A stretch of 64,000 nucleotides of DNA from Scenedesmus sp. PABB004 (lineage: Eukaryota), in NCBI GenBank assembly GCA_014905635.1, contig CM026548.1, forward strand, positions 1,178,001 through 1,242,000, given 5' to 3'. A program made the translations under genes and the position numbers. Positions 25,833 to 36,700 of the stretch are shown in pieces. The notes under the pieces were generated by a model. The model saw nothing but the letters and a program-made list of their open reading frames with translations. It had not been told where the DNA came from and did not search any database. Every line of letters begins with the position of its first letter. Within the stretch, counting starts at the first letter, position 1.

Positions 25833-26231
25833 GCGGCCGGCGACGGGCGCGGTGAGCGTCCACAGGCGCGGTGCTTCCGTCGCGACGCCGCAGGGCTGGC
25901 GGCGTCGCCGGCGGCCGGCGGCGACGCCGGCGGCCGGCGGCGCGGAAGGCGCAGGTTCAAGGTTATGGCCCCGCTGCTCAATCCGCTCCGCTCAATCCCC
26001 CCGTGACATTCCGCTGACGACCATCAGGCCCCTCGCCGTCGCGGCAGCACCCGCGGAGCAGGGCAGCAGTCGCCGGCCGCATCTCAGGGCTCTCCCGGCG
26101 CGCCAAGCCGGCCGCAGCGCCCAGCCGCCCGCCAGGGACCGCCGTACACGCACAATAATCGGCACACCGCCGCGCGCCGTGCCGCGGCACCCAGGCGCTC
26201 CGCGCACCGCGGCGGCAGCAGCAGCGGCGCA

Positions 26232-27343
26232 ATGGCCTGCGGCGGGCGCCGCGCCGCGGCGGCGTGGCTGGCCTGCCACCTGGTGCTAGCCCTGGCGCTG
26301 CCGGCGCTGGCGGCGGACCAGCAGGCGGCGGCGGCGTGCCCGGCGGCGAGCCAGTGCCCGTTCCGCGTGCTCGCGCTCGGGGACTCGCTCACGCTCGGCG
26401 CCGTGCCCAGCGCCGGGTCCAACCACCCCTACGCGACGCGCCTCCAGGAGCTCCTGACCACCAAGTTTGCGGGCCGCGCGACGCCGAGCGTGACGGTCGC
26501 GGGTGCGCGCCGCCGCCGCCCCGGCCTGCCGCGCACCGCCGCGCTGCGCGCGAGCACATGGCTCACGCCGCCGCCGCCGCCGCCGCCGCCGCCGCACGCA
26601 CGCATGCGCCACCACGCCAGCCTACAACTACATGGGCGTCTTTCAGCCCGCCCGCGACGCGTCGGGCGCGCCGCTCGACGTCACGCTGCTGCCGCTGCTG
26701 CGGTCCAAGCTCGCCGACGCGGCGGCGCGGGGTGAGCCCTACGCCTGGGTCGTGGTCATGGCGGGCGTGAACGACCTCGGCGCCGGCAACCGCACCGCGG
26801 CGGCCGTCATGCCGCGCCTGGCCGAGGCGTACCGCCTCGCCGCCGCCGCGGGCGCGGCGGTGCTCGCGGTGCCGCCCTTCCCAACCGCTTCGTGTCGCGC
26901 GACAGCCCCAACGAGCGCGAGCGGCAGCGCCTCGTCGCGGCGATCCGGTCCGCGGGCGCCGCCGCGGCGGGCGCGGCGGGCGCGGCCGACTGCGGCGCGC
27001 CGCGCCTGCACGTGCTGTCGCTGCCGCCGGAGTGGTTTGGCTTCTGGTCGATGCCGGCCGGCCGCGTCGCGAGCATGCAGGTGTGGCGCCCATCAGCGGC
27101 GGGCGCTGGTCGGCGCAGCGCGCACGCGTCGGCCGGCGCAGCGCGCGCCCCTCGGCTGACGCACGCCCGCGCCCGCGCCGGCCCGGCCCGCAGGACGACC
27201 TGCTGCACCTCACGCCGGCCGGCTACGACATGCTGGGCGGCCTGGTGTTCAACGCGATCAGCCAGGCCACGCCGCTGCGAGGCTGCCTGTGTCCCGCGCG
27301 CGGCGGCGCGCCGCCGCCGGCGGCCGCGGCGCGGTCGGGGTAA
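26232..27343 (+). CDS. Secreted SGNH/GDSL hydrolase (apparent 1-nt frameshift at ~26880)
   Basis: Signal peptide; block I LALGDSLT; block III MAGVNDLG; block V DDLLHLTPAGY. The frame switches at cccttcccaac, where PPFPNRF needs one more C. Confidence 0.82.
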
Positions 27344-27469
27344 CGAGCAGCGCGCGGTTGCCTCTGCTGCCTCTGCTGCCGCAGCACGCGCGGCTGCGTT
27401 CCTCTGCAGCGACGGCCTGGCACGCCGCCCCGCGCACGACTGCAACTCCCGGCCGCACACCGCCAAGCC

Positions 27470-27898
27470 TCAGCACGTGCCGTCGCCGGCGTTGGGGATG
27501 CCGCACGCGCGCAGGAAGGCCCGCAGCGAGCCCGCGTTCAGCCCCGCGGCGCCGGCCTGGGCCTGCACCTCCGCCCAGACGCCGGCGTCGCACAGGCCTG
27601 CGCGACGCGCGGCGGCAGTGAGACCAGCGGCGGCGGGCCGAGGGCGCGGGCGAGGGGTTGCGCGGCGCGCCGCACAGCGGGGCGGCCCCTGCGCGAGTGC
27701 GGCCTTGGTCTGGTCGCAGCACTCCGTGAGCTTGAAAGCGCGCTGCTGGCAAGCGGGGACGTTGGCGGAAATGCCCGCAGCGCCGCCGGCGGCGTCGAAC
27801 GCGGCCTGGCACCCCTGGCGCAGGCTCTGCTCCGCCGCGGCGCCGGCGAGCGCCGCCAGCGCGAGCGCGAGCAGCAGGAGAGCGCGAGACGTGGCCAT
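27470..27898 (-). CDS. Small secreted eight-cysteine-motif (nsLTP/prolamin-like) protein, 116 aa
   Basis: Exons 27898-27676 and 27597-27470 with a 78-nt GT-AG intron. Signal peptide, then C-X19-C-X9-CC-X13-CLC-X28-C-X9-C. Confidence 0.78.
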   Translation of the reverse strand: MATSRALLLLALALAALAGAAAEQSLRQGCQAAFDAAGGAAGISANVPACQQRAFKLTECCDQTKAALAQGPPRCAARRATPRPRPRPAAAGLTAAARRAGLCDAGVWAEVQAQAGAAGLNAGSLRAFLRACGIPNAGDGTC

Positions 27899-28215
27899 GG
27901 CGGGGCGCAGGGAGCGCGGCGTGGGCGGCGGCGGCGCGGCGCGCGGGGTCCGGCGGCAGGTGGCGAACGCGGGCGCGCGCGAGCGGGTCGCAGGGGGCCG
28001 CGGAGGTGCTGCGGACGCCGGCGACGGCAGCTTTGAACGCCGAGTGTCACAGGCGAGAAGCTGCCAAAAACCTGGCCAGCTGCGCGCAGCTGCCGCCTCG
28101 GACCGCGTCCGCGCGCGCGCCGGTCGCGCGGCAGCTGCCCAGCGCACACGCCGGTCGGCGCGGCAGAGAGGGGCGTTGACACAGGCGTGCGTGCGTCGCC
28201 GCCGCCGCCGAGCGG

Positions 28216-30055
28216 TCAGCCCGCCTGCGCGGCCGCCGCGTCGTCGCCGCCGTCCGCCGCGGCCGCCGCCGCGAGCTTGGCCGCACGCGAGGCCTGCTGC
28301 GCCCGCAGCGTCACGAAGCGCTGCGGCTCGGGGGCCCGCACGTGCAGCGGCGCGCCGGTCGCGGGGTGCATGAGGCGGACCTCCAGGCTCTCCAGGTAGA
28401 TGCCCTGGTTGGCGATGTGGTCGTCCTTGCTCAGCGCGTAGCGCCCGTCGCCGACGATCGGGTGCCCCAGCGCGGCGGCGTGCAGGCGCAGCTGGTGCTT
28501 GCGCCCCGTCACTGCGCGGGCGCGGGCGCGGGCGCGGCGGGCGGCGTGTGGGCGGGGGCGGTCAACGCGCCGCGCGCGCGCCCAGGTCGCCGCCGCGCAC
28601 CTGGGCTGAGCGCGACGCTCGTCATCCAGCCGCCGAAGCGCCCCGCGCGGCTGTAGCCCAGCACGGCGTAGAGGCTGGCGCAGGGCCTGCCCTCCAGCGC
28701 CAGGTCAATCACATGCACGCCCCGCCCGGCCAGCCCCGGCAGCGCCGCGGCGTCAGCGTCAGCGTCGCCGCCGCCGCCGTCGCCGGTTGCGTCGGGCGGC
28801 GGCTCGAGGCTGGCGTCGCCGAGGTCCGCCGCGCCGACGGTGAACGCGGGGCCCCGCCGAGCTGCCGCGCCAGCAGCTCGGGCAGCGGCAGCTCCGCCGC
28901 CGGCGCCGCGCCGCCGTCGCCGTCGCCCTCGTCGCCGTCGTCGCCCGACTCGCTTGCAGCGCCCTCCGCCGCCGCCGCCGGCTGCTGCTGCTGCGCGGCG
29001 GCGCCCGCGAGCGCCGCGGCGGCGCGCCGCGGCTCCAGCCGCCCCGCGAGCAGCGCGTGATATACCTTGTGCACGCGGCGCTCCTGGAACTGGGCCGAGA
29101 GCGCCGCGAGCGCGTCGGCCGTCTTGGCCACGACCAACAGCCCCCGACCGCGGCGTCCAGGCGGTGCACCGGGCGCGGCTCCGGCAGCGCGCCGGGCGCG
29201 GCGCTCGGCGCGAGCGCGCCGCCGCGCAGCGCGCCCGTCACGGTGCGCCGCGCGTCGCCCGAGTACATCTTGACGCCCCAGGGCTTGCGCACCACGGCGA
29301 GGTGATCGTCCTCGTGCAACACCTGCGCGAGCGGCGACGCTGGGCCCAGGGCGCAGGCGCCGCCCGGCCGGCTGCCCGCGCCGCCGCCGAGGAGGCCTGT
29401 CGCGCGCGCTGCCCCGCCGCCCCACACAGCCGCCGCCGTAGCGGTCGGCAAGCCCGCGCCGCGGACCGGGCTGCCCGCGCTCGCGCTGCCCGCCTGCGCA
29501 CGCGCCGCGCCGCGCACGCGCCTCGAGGCTGACGGCGCGCGGCGGCTTGTGCTTGGGGACGGCCTCGAGCTGCGCGAGCAGCTGGCCCGGCGCGACCTCC
29601 GTCCTGCACGTCGCCACCACGCCATCGACGAGCACAAGGTCTTTTCGGATCGCGCGCCGCGCCGCCGAGAGCGTGGGAAACGACGCCGGCAGCGTGGCAG
29701 ACAGGACGTCGGGCAGCGCCCCCGCGGCCACCGCCGGCGCGCTCGCCAGCACGGCGCCGCCCGGCGGCGGCGCGGGCCGGCGCGCCGCGCGCCGGTCGCG
29801 CGCGTCCGGTTCGCGCTCTGCCTGCTGCTGGGCGGCTGCCTGGTCGGTGGGGGCGGCCTCTCCGGCCGCCGCCGCCGCGCAGCGGCACCGGCTGCTGCCG
29901 CTGCTGCGGCAGCCGGTGCCGCCCAGCCGCTGCCCGCTCTGCGGCGCTGCCGGGCGCGACCAGCGCGCTGCTCGTGCCAGGACCGGCGGCGCGGCCGCGC
30001 GGCCGCCGGGCAGCCCGGCGCGGCCGGCGGCGCCGGGCGGCAGCAGGCGGCGCAT
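28216..30055 (-). CDS. RluA-family RNA pseudouridine synthase, probably organellar (apparent 1-nt frameshift at ~29141)
   Basis: Transit-like N-terminus; S4-like SAARRAIRKDLVLVDG; VLHEDDHLAVVRKP; PVHRLD (catalytic Asp) then GLLVVAKT in another frame; VHKVYHALL; TGRKHQLRLHAAALGHPIVGDGRY. Confidence 0.88.
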
Positions 30056-30258
30056 CGTGGCGACTGCGGCTGTGGAGGCAGGGCTGGTGGGCGGCGGACC
30101 CGCCACGACGCGGAATCGGCGGCCGGCGGCGAGCGGCGGTTTGCGATTCACCGACGGCGGGCGGCGGTTTGCGGTTGACTTGGCACGCGCGGCACGCCCA
30201 GGCGTGTGTCATCGCTCACGCGCCCGCGTCGCACGCCCCGGCGCGTGTGTCTCATCGC

Positions 30259-33235
30259 TCACGCGCCCGCGTCGTACACCGCGCGCTTGTGCCGGTCGCG
30301 CAGCACCTGGTACGCCTCGGTGACCTCCTGGAAGCGCCGCGTCGCGGCGGCCTTGTCGGCCTCCGGGGCGCGGTCGGGGTGGTCCGCCAGCGCCCGGCCG
30401 CGGAACGCAGCCTGGATCTCGGACGTCGTCGCCCCAGGGGACACGCCCAGCGTGCGGTAGTAGCCGCGCGGATCGCGCGGGTCGCGCGGCCCGACGACGC
30501 GCCGCCGCCGCCGCCTGGCGCCGTGCGGCGGCGCTGCTGCTCCTGCGACCGCTGCTGCTGCTGCTGCTGCTGCTGCTGCCCGTAGTAGCCGCCGCCGCCA
30601 CCGCCAGCCTGCCGCCCCTGCTGCGCCTGCTGCTGCGCCTGCTGCTGCGCCTGCTGTGCCGCATAGAGGCGCTCCATCCACGCGAACGGATCGCGCACAA
30701 AACCCGCAAAGCTCCCAAACGGGTCGCCGCCGCCGCCGTCCGCGCCGCGCGCGCGCGCCTGCTGCTCCCGCCGCCGCGCCTGCTCCTGCTGCCAGAACGC
30801 GCGCGCGCGCTCGGCCTCGCGCTGCCGGCGCTCGTGCGACTCCAGCGACTGCACAAACGCGGCGTTCCAGTCGGCCTCGCAGTAATCTGGGCCCGGCGGC
30901 ACGGCGCGGCGGGGTGAGCGGGCGCGGCGGCGCGGGGCCGCGCGGCGCTGCGCGCAAGCGCCCGGCCCGCGCCCGCCGCACCCTGCGCGGCGGCGCGCCG
31001 CCACGGCCACCAGCCGTGGCGCGCGCCGGCGTCGGCCCGGAGCCAGAAGCTGCGGAGGAGCGGCCAGAAGCGGGCGACCAGCCCGGCGCCGAGGAACGGC
31101 ACCACCAGGCACCCCCAAAACTGAAAGGGGAGCGGCGCGCCCGCCAGCAGGCCCAGGCCTGCGCGCGCGGGCGCCGGGGCGGGGCGGGCATGGGCGGGCG
31201 TCGCGGCGCGCCGCCGCGCCTCGCGCGCGCCGCGCGGCAGTGGCGGCGCGCGCCTGTGGTCGCCGCCGCGACGACGGTCGCCACCTTTGCGTCGTCCAGC
31301 ACGTGGCCGCCCGACGCGACGCCCGGCACGGCGCCGCTGACAAACGTGCGCACCTGGCGGCGCCGCGGCGGGCGCGGGCCGCGGGCGGGCGCGCGTCGCG
31401 CGCGTGCCGTCGCACGCCCCCTGAGTCCACCCGCCGAGCCCCGCTGACGCGCCGCGCGCGCGCACCTTGGCGCCGCCGTGCCACCAGCTGAAGACGTAAA
31501 CGGGCACGTACAGCGGCGAGACGTCGAGCCCGCCCGCACCGCCGCCGGCCGCGCCCGCGCCGCGCGCGGTGCCGGTGCTGCCGGACCACGTCGTGTGCAG
31601 GTCCACGAAACGCACCTGGGACGCCCTGCGGCGCGGCGACGCGGCGCGGCACGCAGCCGTTTGATCGCGCCGGTGGCAGGCGCCAGAGGCCCGCCGTGCG
31701 GCGCTCGGGCCATCGCCGCCCCTGTGAGCTGGCTCACCCCGTGAGCTTGGCGATCTGCTCCTCAGCCACGCGCCGCTCGCGCGCCTGCGGGCGGGCGGCG
31801 TGCAGCGCGCGCCCGCTCGACGCAGCGGGGCGGCGACGGCCGCCGCCGCGCCCGCGGGCCGCCGCGCGGCGCCGGCTGCGCGCGCGCGCGCGGCGCGAGC
31901 GTGCGGCGCGCCGCGCCTCAATCTGGGACATCAGCAGCCGCCGCGCGTCGTGGGGCGTGAGCGTGAAGGGTCCCACGCGCCGCGTGTCCAGCCCCGACCC
32001 CGGCGTCGCCTGCCCCAGGCGCGCGGGGCGGGCGTCGGCGCGCGGCGCGCCCCCGGGCGCGCAGGTTGCGGCGCGCGCGGGGCGCAGCGGCGCGGCAGCG
32101 GGGCGCCACGCACCTGCAGCATGTCGGGCGTGATGGCCCGCGCCAGGCGCACCGCCTCGCCCGGCCGCAGCGCCTCCACGTCGCGCCTGCGCGACGCGGC
32201 GCGGCCCGGCGGCCGGCGCTCGGCCCCGCGCCGCCGCTGGCCCGCCCCACCTGCGAGAGCCCTCTGCTGCCTCGGCCCACGAACCAGGCGCCCTGAGGTT
32301 CTGTGCAGCAAAAAAGCCGGCCCTAAACCCCGGCGGCCGCGCACCGTGGATACTTCCAGCTCGCGTAGATCTGCATTGCAGCGTCCCCCGGCGCCAGCTG
32401 CGCCTCCCACGCCATGCTGAGGCTCACACGGCTCCAGACCGTCTCCCAGCGCGGCTCCGCGCGGCGCGTCGCCTTGTCGTATCTGCGACGCCAGCCAGCG
32501 GCGGCGGGCGCTCGCGCGCGCGGGGGGAACCCTCGCGCGCCGCCCCGGGGCCGCGCGGGGCCGCGCTGCGCCGCGCCTCGGCGCGCGGCGCTCACCGCGT
32601 GACCAGGTGCTCGTGCCCCACCTCCGCGCCGCGCACCTCCACCAGAACACTGCCGCTGCCGACCTGCGCGCGCGGGCCGCACGGCGGCACGAGACGCGTC
32701 GTCGCGCCGCCGCGGCCGCCTCCCTCCAGCCGGCGCGGCCGCCGGGGCCGCGCGCGCGCAGCTGCAGCCCCCCCCCCCACCCAACCACCCACCCACACAC
32801 ACGCGCGCGCGCGCGGCGGCGCCGCACCCAGAACGGCAAGAACGTCTCCTTCGCCGGCTTGGCCAGGCCCGGCGCGCCGCGGGCCTGGTACCAGCTGCCC
32901 CGGTGGTACCCGACAAAGGTCTCCTCCGCGTCGCCGCGCCGCACAGCAAACGGAAGCGCCGCGAGCGCGCGGCGCGGCGGGCCGCCGTCCGGCAGCGCGC
33001 CGCGCGCGCTCTTCGCGGGGTTTGCGGCGCCGCTGCTGCTCGCGGCGCCGCCGCCGCCGCCGCCGCCCGCGGCGTCGGCCGCAAAGGCGCGGCGGTCCGC
33101 GGAGCCCGGCCACGCCGCCTGCTGCCGCTGCCACGCCGCCGCCGCGGGCCAGCAGCGCGGCGCGAGCGCCTCTGCCTGGCGCCGCCAGACCACGCACAGC
33201 GTGCGCGCCGCGTGCGCGCCCGCGGGCAGCAGCAT
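30259..33235 (-). CDS. Organelle-targeted membrane protein with C-terminal DnaJ domain
   Basis: Presequence-like N-terminus; LPFAV...KETFLPFW; LYVPVYVF...FVSG; a TM segment; C-terminal GYYRTLGV...EIQAAFR...HPD...FQEVTEAYQVLRD...YD. Confidence 0.82.
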
Positions 33236-33751
33236 CGCCGCGCGCTCCTGCCGGCGGCGCCGGGCGTGCAGCCGCGGGCGCGGCGCGGGCGTGCTCGGCG
33301 CAGGCGGTGCCGCTGCCGCGCGCCGCCGCCGGCCGGCCCTCTCGCGCCGCCGTGGCGGCTCGACGCCGCTGGCTCGCCGCGCGCTCGGCGCCGCGGTTGG
33401 CGTTCGACAGCGGCGGCCGCCAGGCGGCGGCGTCGGCGGAAAAGACGTGGAGCTTGCCCTCTGCCTGCTGCACTCGGCTGCGATCGGCGGCGGCGAATGC
33501 GCGAATGCGCGAATGCGCGAGCGCGGGCGCCGCGCCGCTGCTGCGCGGCGCCGCCGGCAGGGTTTTTCTCTCCCCCGCCTGTCCGCTCGCGGCCAGTTCT
33601 CCCCATCCACCCCGCCAGCCCGCCCCGCCATTGAGCGCGCGCCCGCAACGCACGCCGGCAGCGAACCGCGGCCTTCGGCGTGCGACAGCACACCGCGCAG
33701 CTCGGGCGGCCGTCGATCTCGCACGCCGCACTCTCTCACCCCTCTCGCGCC

Positions 33752-36700
33752 ATGCTGTCGTCCGCGCAGCGCGCCGCGGCGCCCGCGGGCCGGCGTGGCG
33801 GCGTGGGCCACGCCCGCCGACAGCCCCTCGCGCCCGCCCGCGCGCGCCTGGGCCGGCTGCGGGTGAGCTACGTGCCGAGGCCGCGTCGCCGAGCTGCGCC
33901 GCAGCCCCGCCGCGCGGCGCCGGGCAGCGGGCAGCGGCCCCGCGCCAACCGCAACGCGCCGCCGCGCGCAGTGCGCGGCGTCCGCCGCCAAGGAGGAGGC
34001 CGCGGAGACGGTGCCGGTGCGCTTCAGGATCCGCCAGAAGGTGCGCGGCGCCGCACCCGGCCGGCAGCGCGCGGCAGCCGCGGCTCGCGCACGCGCGGCA
34101 GTCGCGCGCAGCGGTTGCTGGCCGCAGCCGCCTGCTTTTTTGAGCCGCTGCTCATGGGCCAGCCGCTGCGCGTGCCCGCCGAGCGTGCGGGGGCGCCGGG
34201 CGCCGCCGCGCCGTGCCGCGCTGCGCCACCGAACGGCCGCGCCCCCCACGCAAAAACGGCGCGGCCAGGTTGAGTATGGGGAGCGGCTGGTGGTGGTCGG
34301 CAACGCGCCAGCGCTGGGGGCGTGGGACGTCGGCGCCGCGCCCGCGCTGACGTGGCACGACAACGACCTCTGGGCGGGCAGCGTGGAGCTGCCGGTGGGC
34401 GTGGACATCGAGTTCAAGGTGCGGCGGCCACGCCCCCGGTGCTTGCCCCCGCGCGCCCGCGCCGCCGGGCGCGCGGCAGCCCAGCCGCCGCGCGCGCGCC
34501 GCCCGCGGCGCGAAGGCCCACGCGCCGCCCGCGCCGCCGCGCCTGCGCGCAGTGCGTGCGCATGTCGGGCGGCAAGGACGGCGGGGAGGTGAAGGCCGAC
34601 TGGGAGGGCGGCAAGAACCGGACCTTCAAGGCCCTCGGCCCCAAGTTCAGCCTGGACGTGCGCTGCACCTGGGACAAGCCGCGCAGCACCGGTGCGCCGG
34701 CGCGGCGGCTGGCTGGCTGCGGCGGCGGCAGCGCCCGGCCGCCGCGCGGCCCGCCCACCGCCCGCCGCCCGCGCCGCGCCGGGGCCCGGACCCGCGCAGA
34801 CGTGCACGCGCACGAGCTGAAGCCCGGCGAGCCGGCGTTCCGGGAGCTCGCGTCGTTGCACGCGGCCGACCACGAGGCGGCCGAGGCCGAGGCGCTCGCG
34901 GAGCGGCGCGCGCGCGAGCGCGAGGAGCGCGAGCGCGCGCGCGCGAGCAGCTACGCCTCGCTCTCCTCCAGCGACGAGGAGTTCAGCGGCAGCCGCAGCT
35001 GGCAGGGCAAGGAGGTGCGGGCGCCGCGCGCGCGCGCGCGCGGCGGCCGGCGCCGCTGCCGCGGCTGCCCGGCCGGCACGCTCACGCGCACACGCACGCG
35101 CACCCTCACGCGAAGGCTCAAGTGCGCCCTGCCCCTTTTAACCTCTGCCTCCCTAAACCCCCCGCCCCGCAACCCTAAACCGCCAGGTGACCTTCATGCG
35201 CTCCAACCAGCACAAGCACGAGCGCAGCGGCGTGTGGGACACGAGCAAGCTGCCGCCCGCGCCGCACCCGCTGCACGAGCTCGTCGTCGGCGACCAGAAG
35301 GCGCCGAGCTGGCTCGCCAAGCTCGGCGTGGTGCAGAAGGTGCTGGTCGACGACGCGGAGCGGTGCGCGCGCGCGACGCGACGCGGCGCGGCGCCGGGCT
35401 GCGGCGGGGCCCCAGGGGGCCCTGCGCGCGCGGCCGGCGCGCGCGCGCTGTGGGCCGGCGCGCGGCGCCGCCGCCGGGCCGGCGCCGGGCCGGCGCCGGT
35501 CCCCGCTCACCCCTGGTCGCCCCTGCTCGCGCGCGGCGGTGCACGCAGGGCGCGCCCGGGCGTGGACGCGCTCGCGGCGGGCTTTGTGTACCTTCAGTGG
35601 GTCACCACGGGCGCGATCGAGTGCGTGGAGGGCGGCGGGCACTACCGGCCCAACCACCACGCGCGCACGGCGCAAAACATCTTCAGGCGCGTGCCCGCCG
35701 CGCTGTCCCGCGCGCCGGCCTGCTGTGCTGTTCGCCGCCGTCCCCTCGCCCGCCCCCCCCCCCCTCTCACACACACAGTGCTCTCACACATTCACACACA
35801 CGATGCCCCCCCCCCACACACACACGCGCACGCGCGCCACCACCAGGTCGCTGGAGTGGGTGATCGAGGACGACGCCGACCCGCGCCGCGCGGCGAGCCT
35901 GCTCGCGCGCAAGATCTCGCCCCGCCTGCCCAGCTTCGGCGAGGCGTTCACGCAGACCGTGCCGCTCACGCGCATCCGCGACATCGCGCACCGCAACGAC
36001 ATACCCTCGGTGCGCGCCGTGTGATGTGCTGCCGCGCGCTGTGCTGCCTCGCCGCGCCGCGCCGCGCCGCGCCGCGCCGCGCCCGGCGCTGAGACGCACG
36101 CCGCCGCCCGCCGCGCGCCGCCCGCCGCGCTCCCCTTGTGCCCCCCACCCATACCCCAGGACCTGAAGCAGGAGATCAAGCACACGCTGCAGAACAAGCT
36201 GCACCGCAACGCGGGGCCCGAGGACCTCGTGGCGGCAGAGGCGATGCTCGGCCGCGTCACGAGTGCGCGTCGCGCCGCGCGCCGCGCGCTGCTGGTCGCG
36301 TCCACGCGCCGCCCGCCTTGGCATTTGTTTGTTTGTTTGTTTGTTTGTTTCAGGGAGGGAGGGGCGCGCGGTCTGGGCGCCGCCGCGCGCGCTGAGCATG
36401 CTGCGTGCTTCTTGACCCACTTGGCTCTGACCAAGAGAGAGGAAGGGGCACGCGGCATGCTCAGCGCGCGCGACGCCGCGAGTGCTCGCTGTCCTGTGCC
36501 CGCCCGCGCGCCAGCACTCGCGCGCCCCGCCACGCTCCTCCTCCTGCCTGCCCCCCCCCCCCCCCCACACACACACGCCCGCACCGCCACTGCCCCCGCC
36601 CGCACCGTCACTGCCCCCCCCCCTCCCGCGCCCTCTCCCGCCGCCGCCAGGCGGGCACTACAACGGCGACTTTGTGAACGAGTTCAAAATCTTTGTCGCC

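Noticed and set aside
2404..27898. Possible lipid-metabolism cluster (amidase, MAPEG, SGNH, LTP-like)
   Set aside because: The genes are interspersed with unrelated housekeeping genes, and there is no evidence of co-regulation.
33493..33520. (GCGCGAAT)x3 in the divergent promoter between the J-protein gene and PWD
   Set aside because: Could be regulatory but cannot be distinguished from simple slippage.
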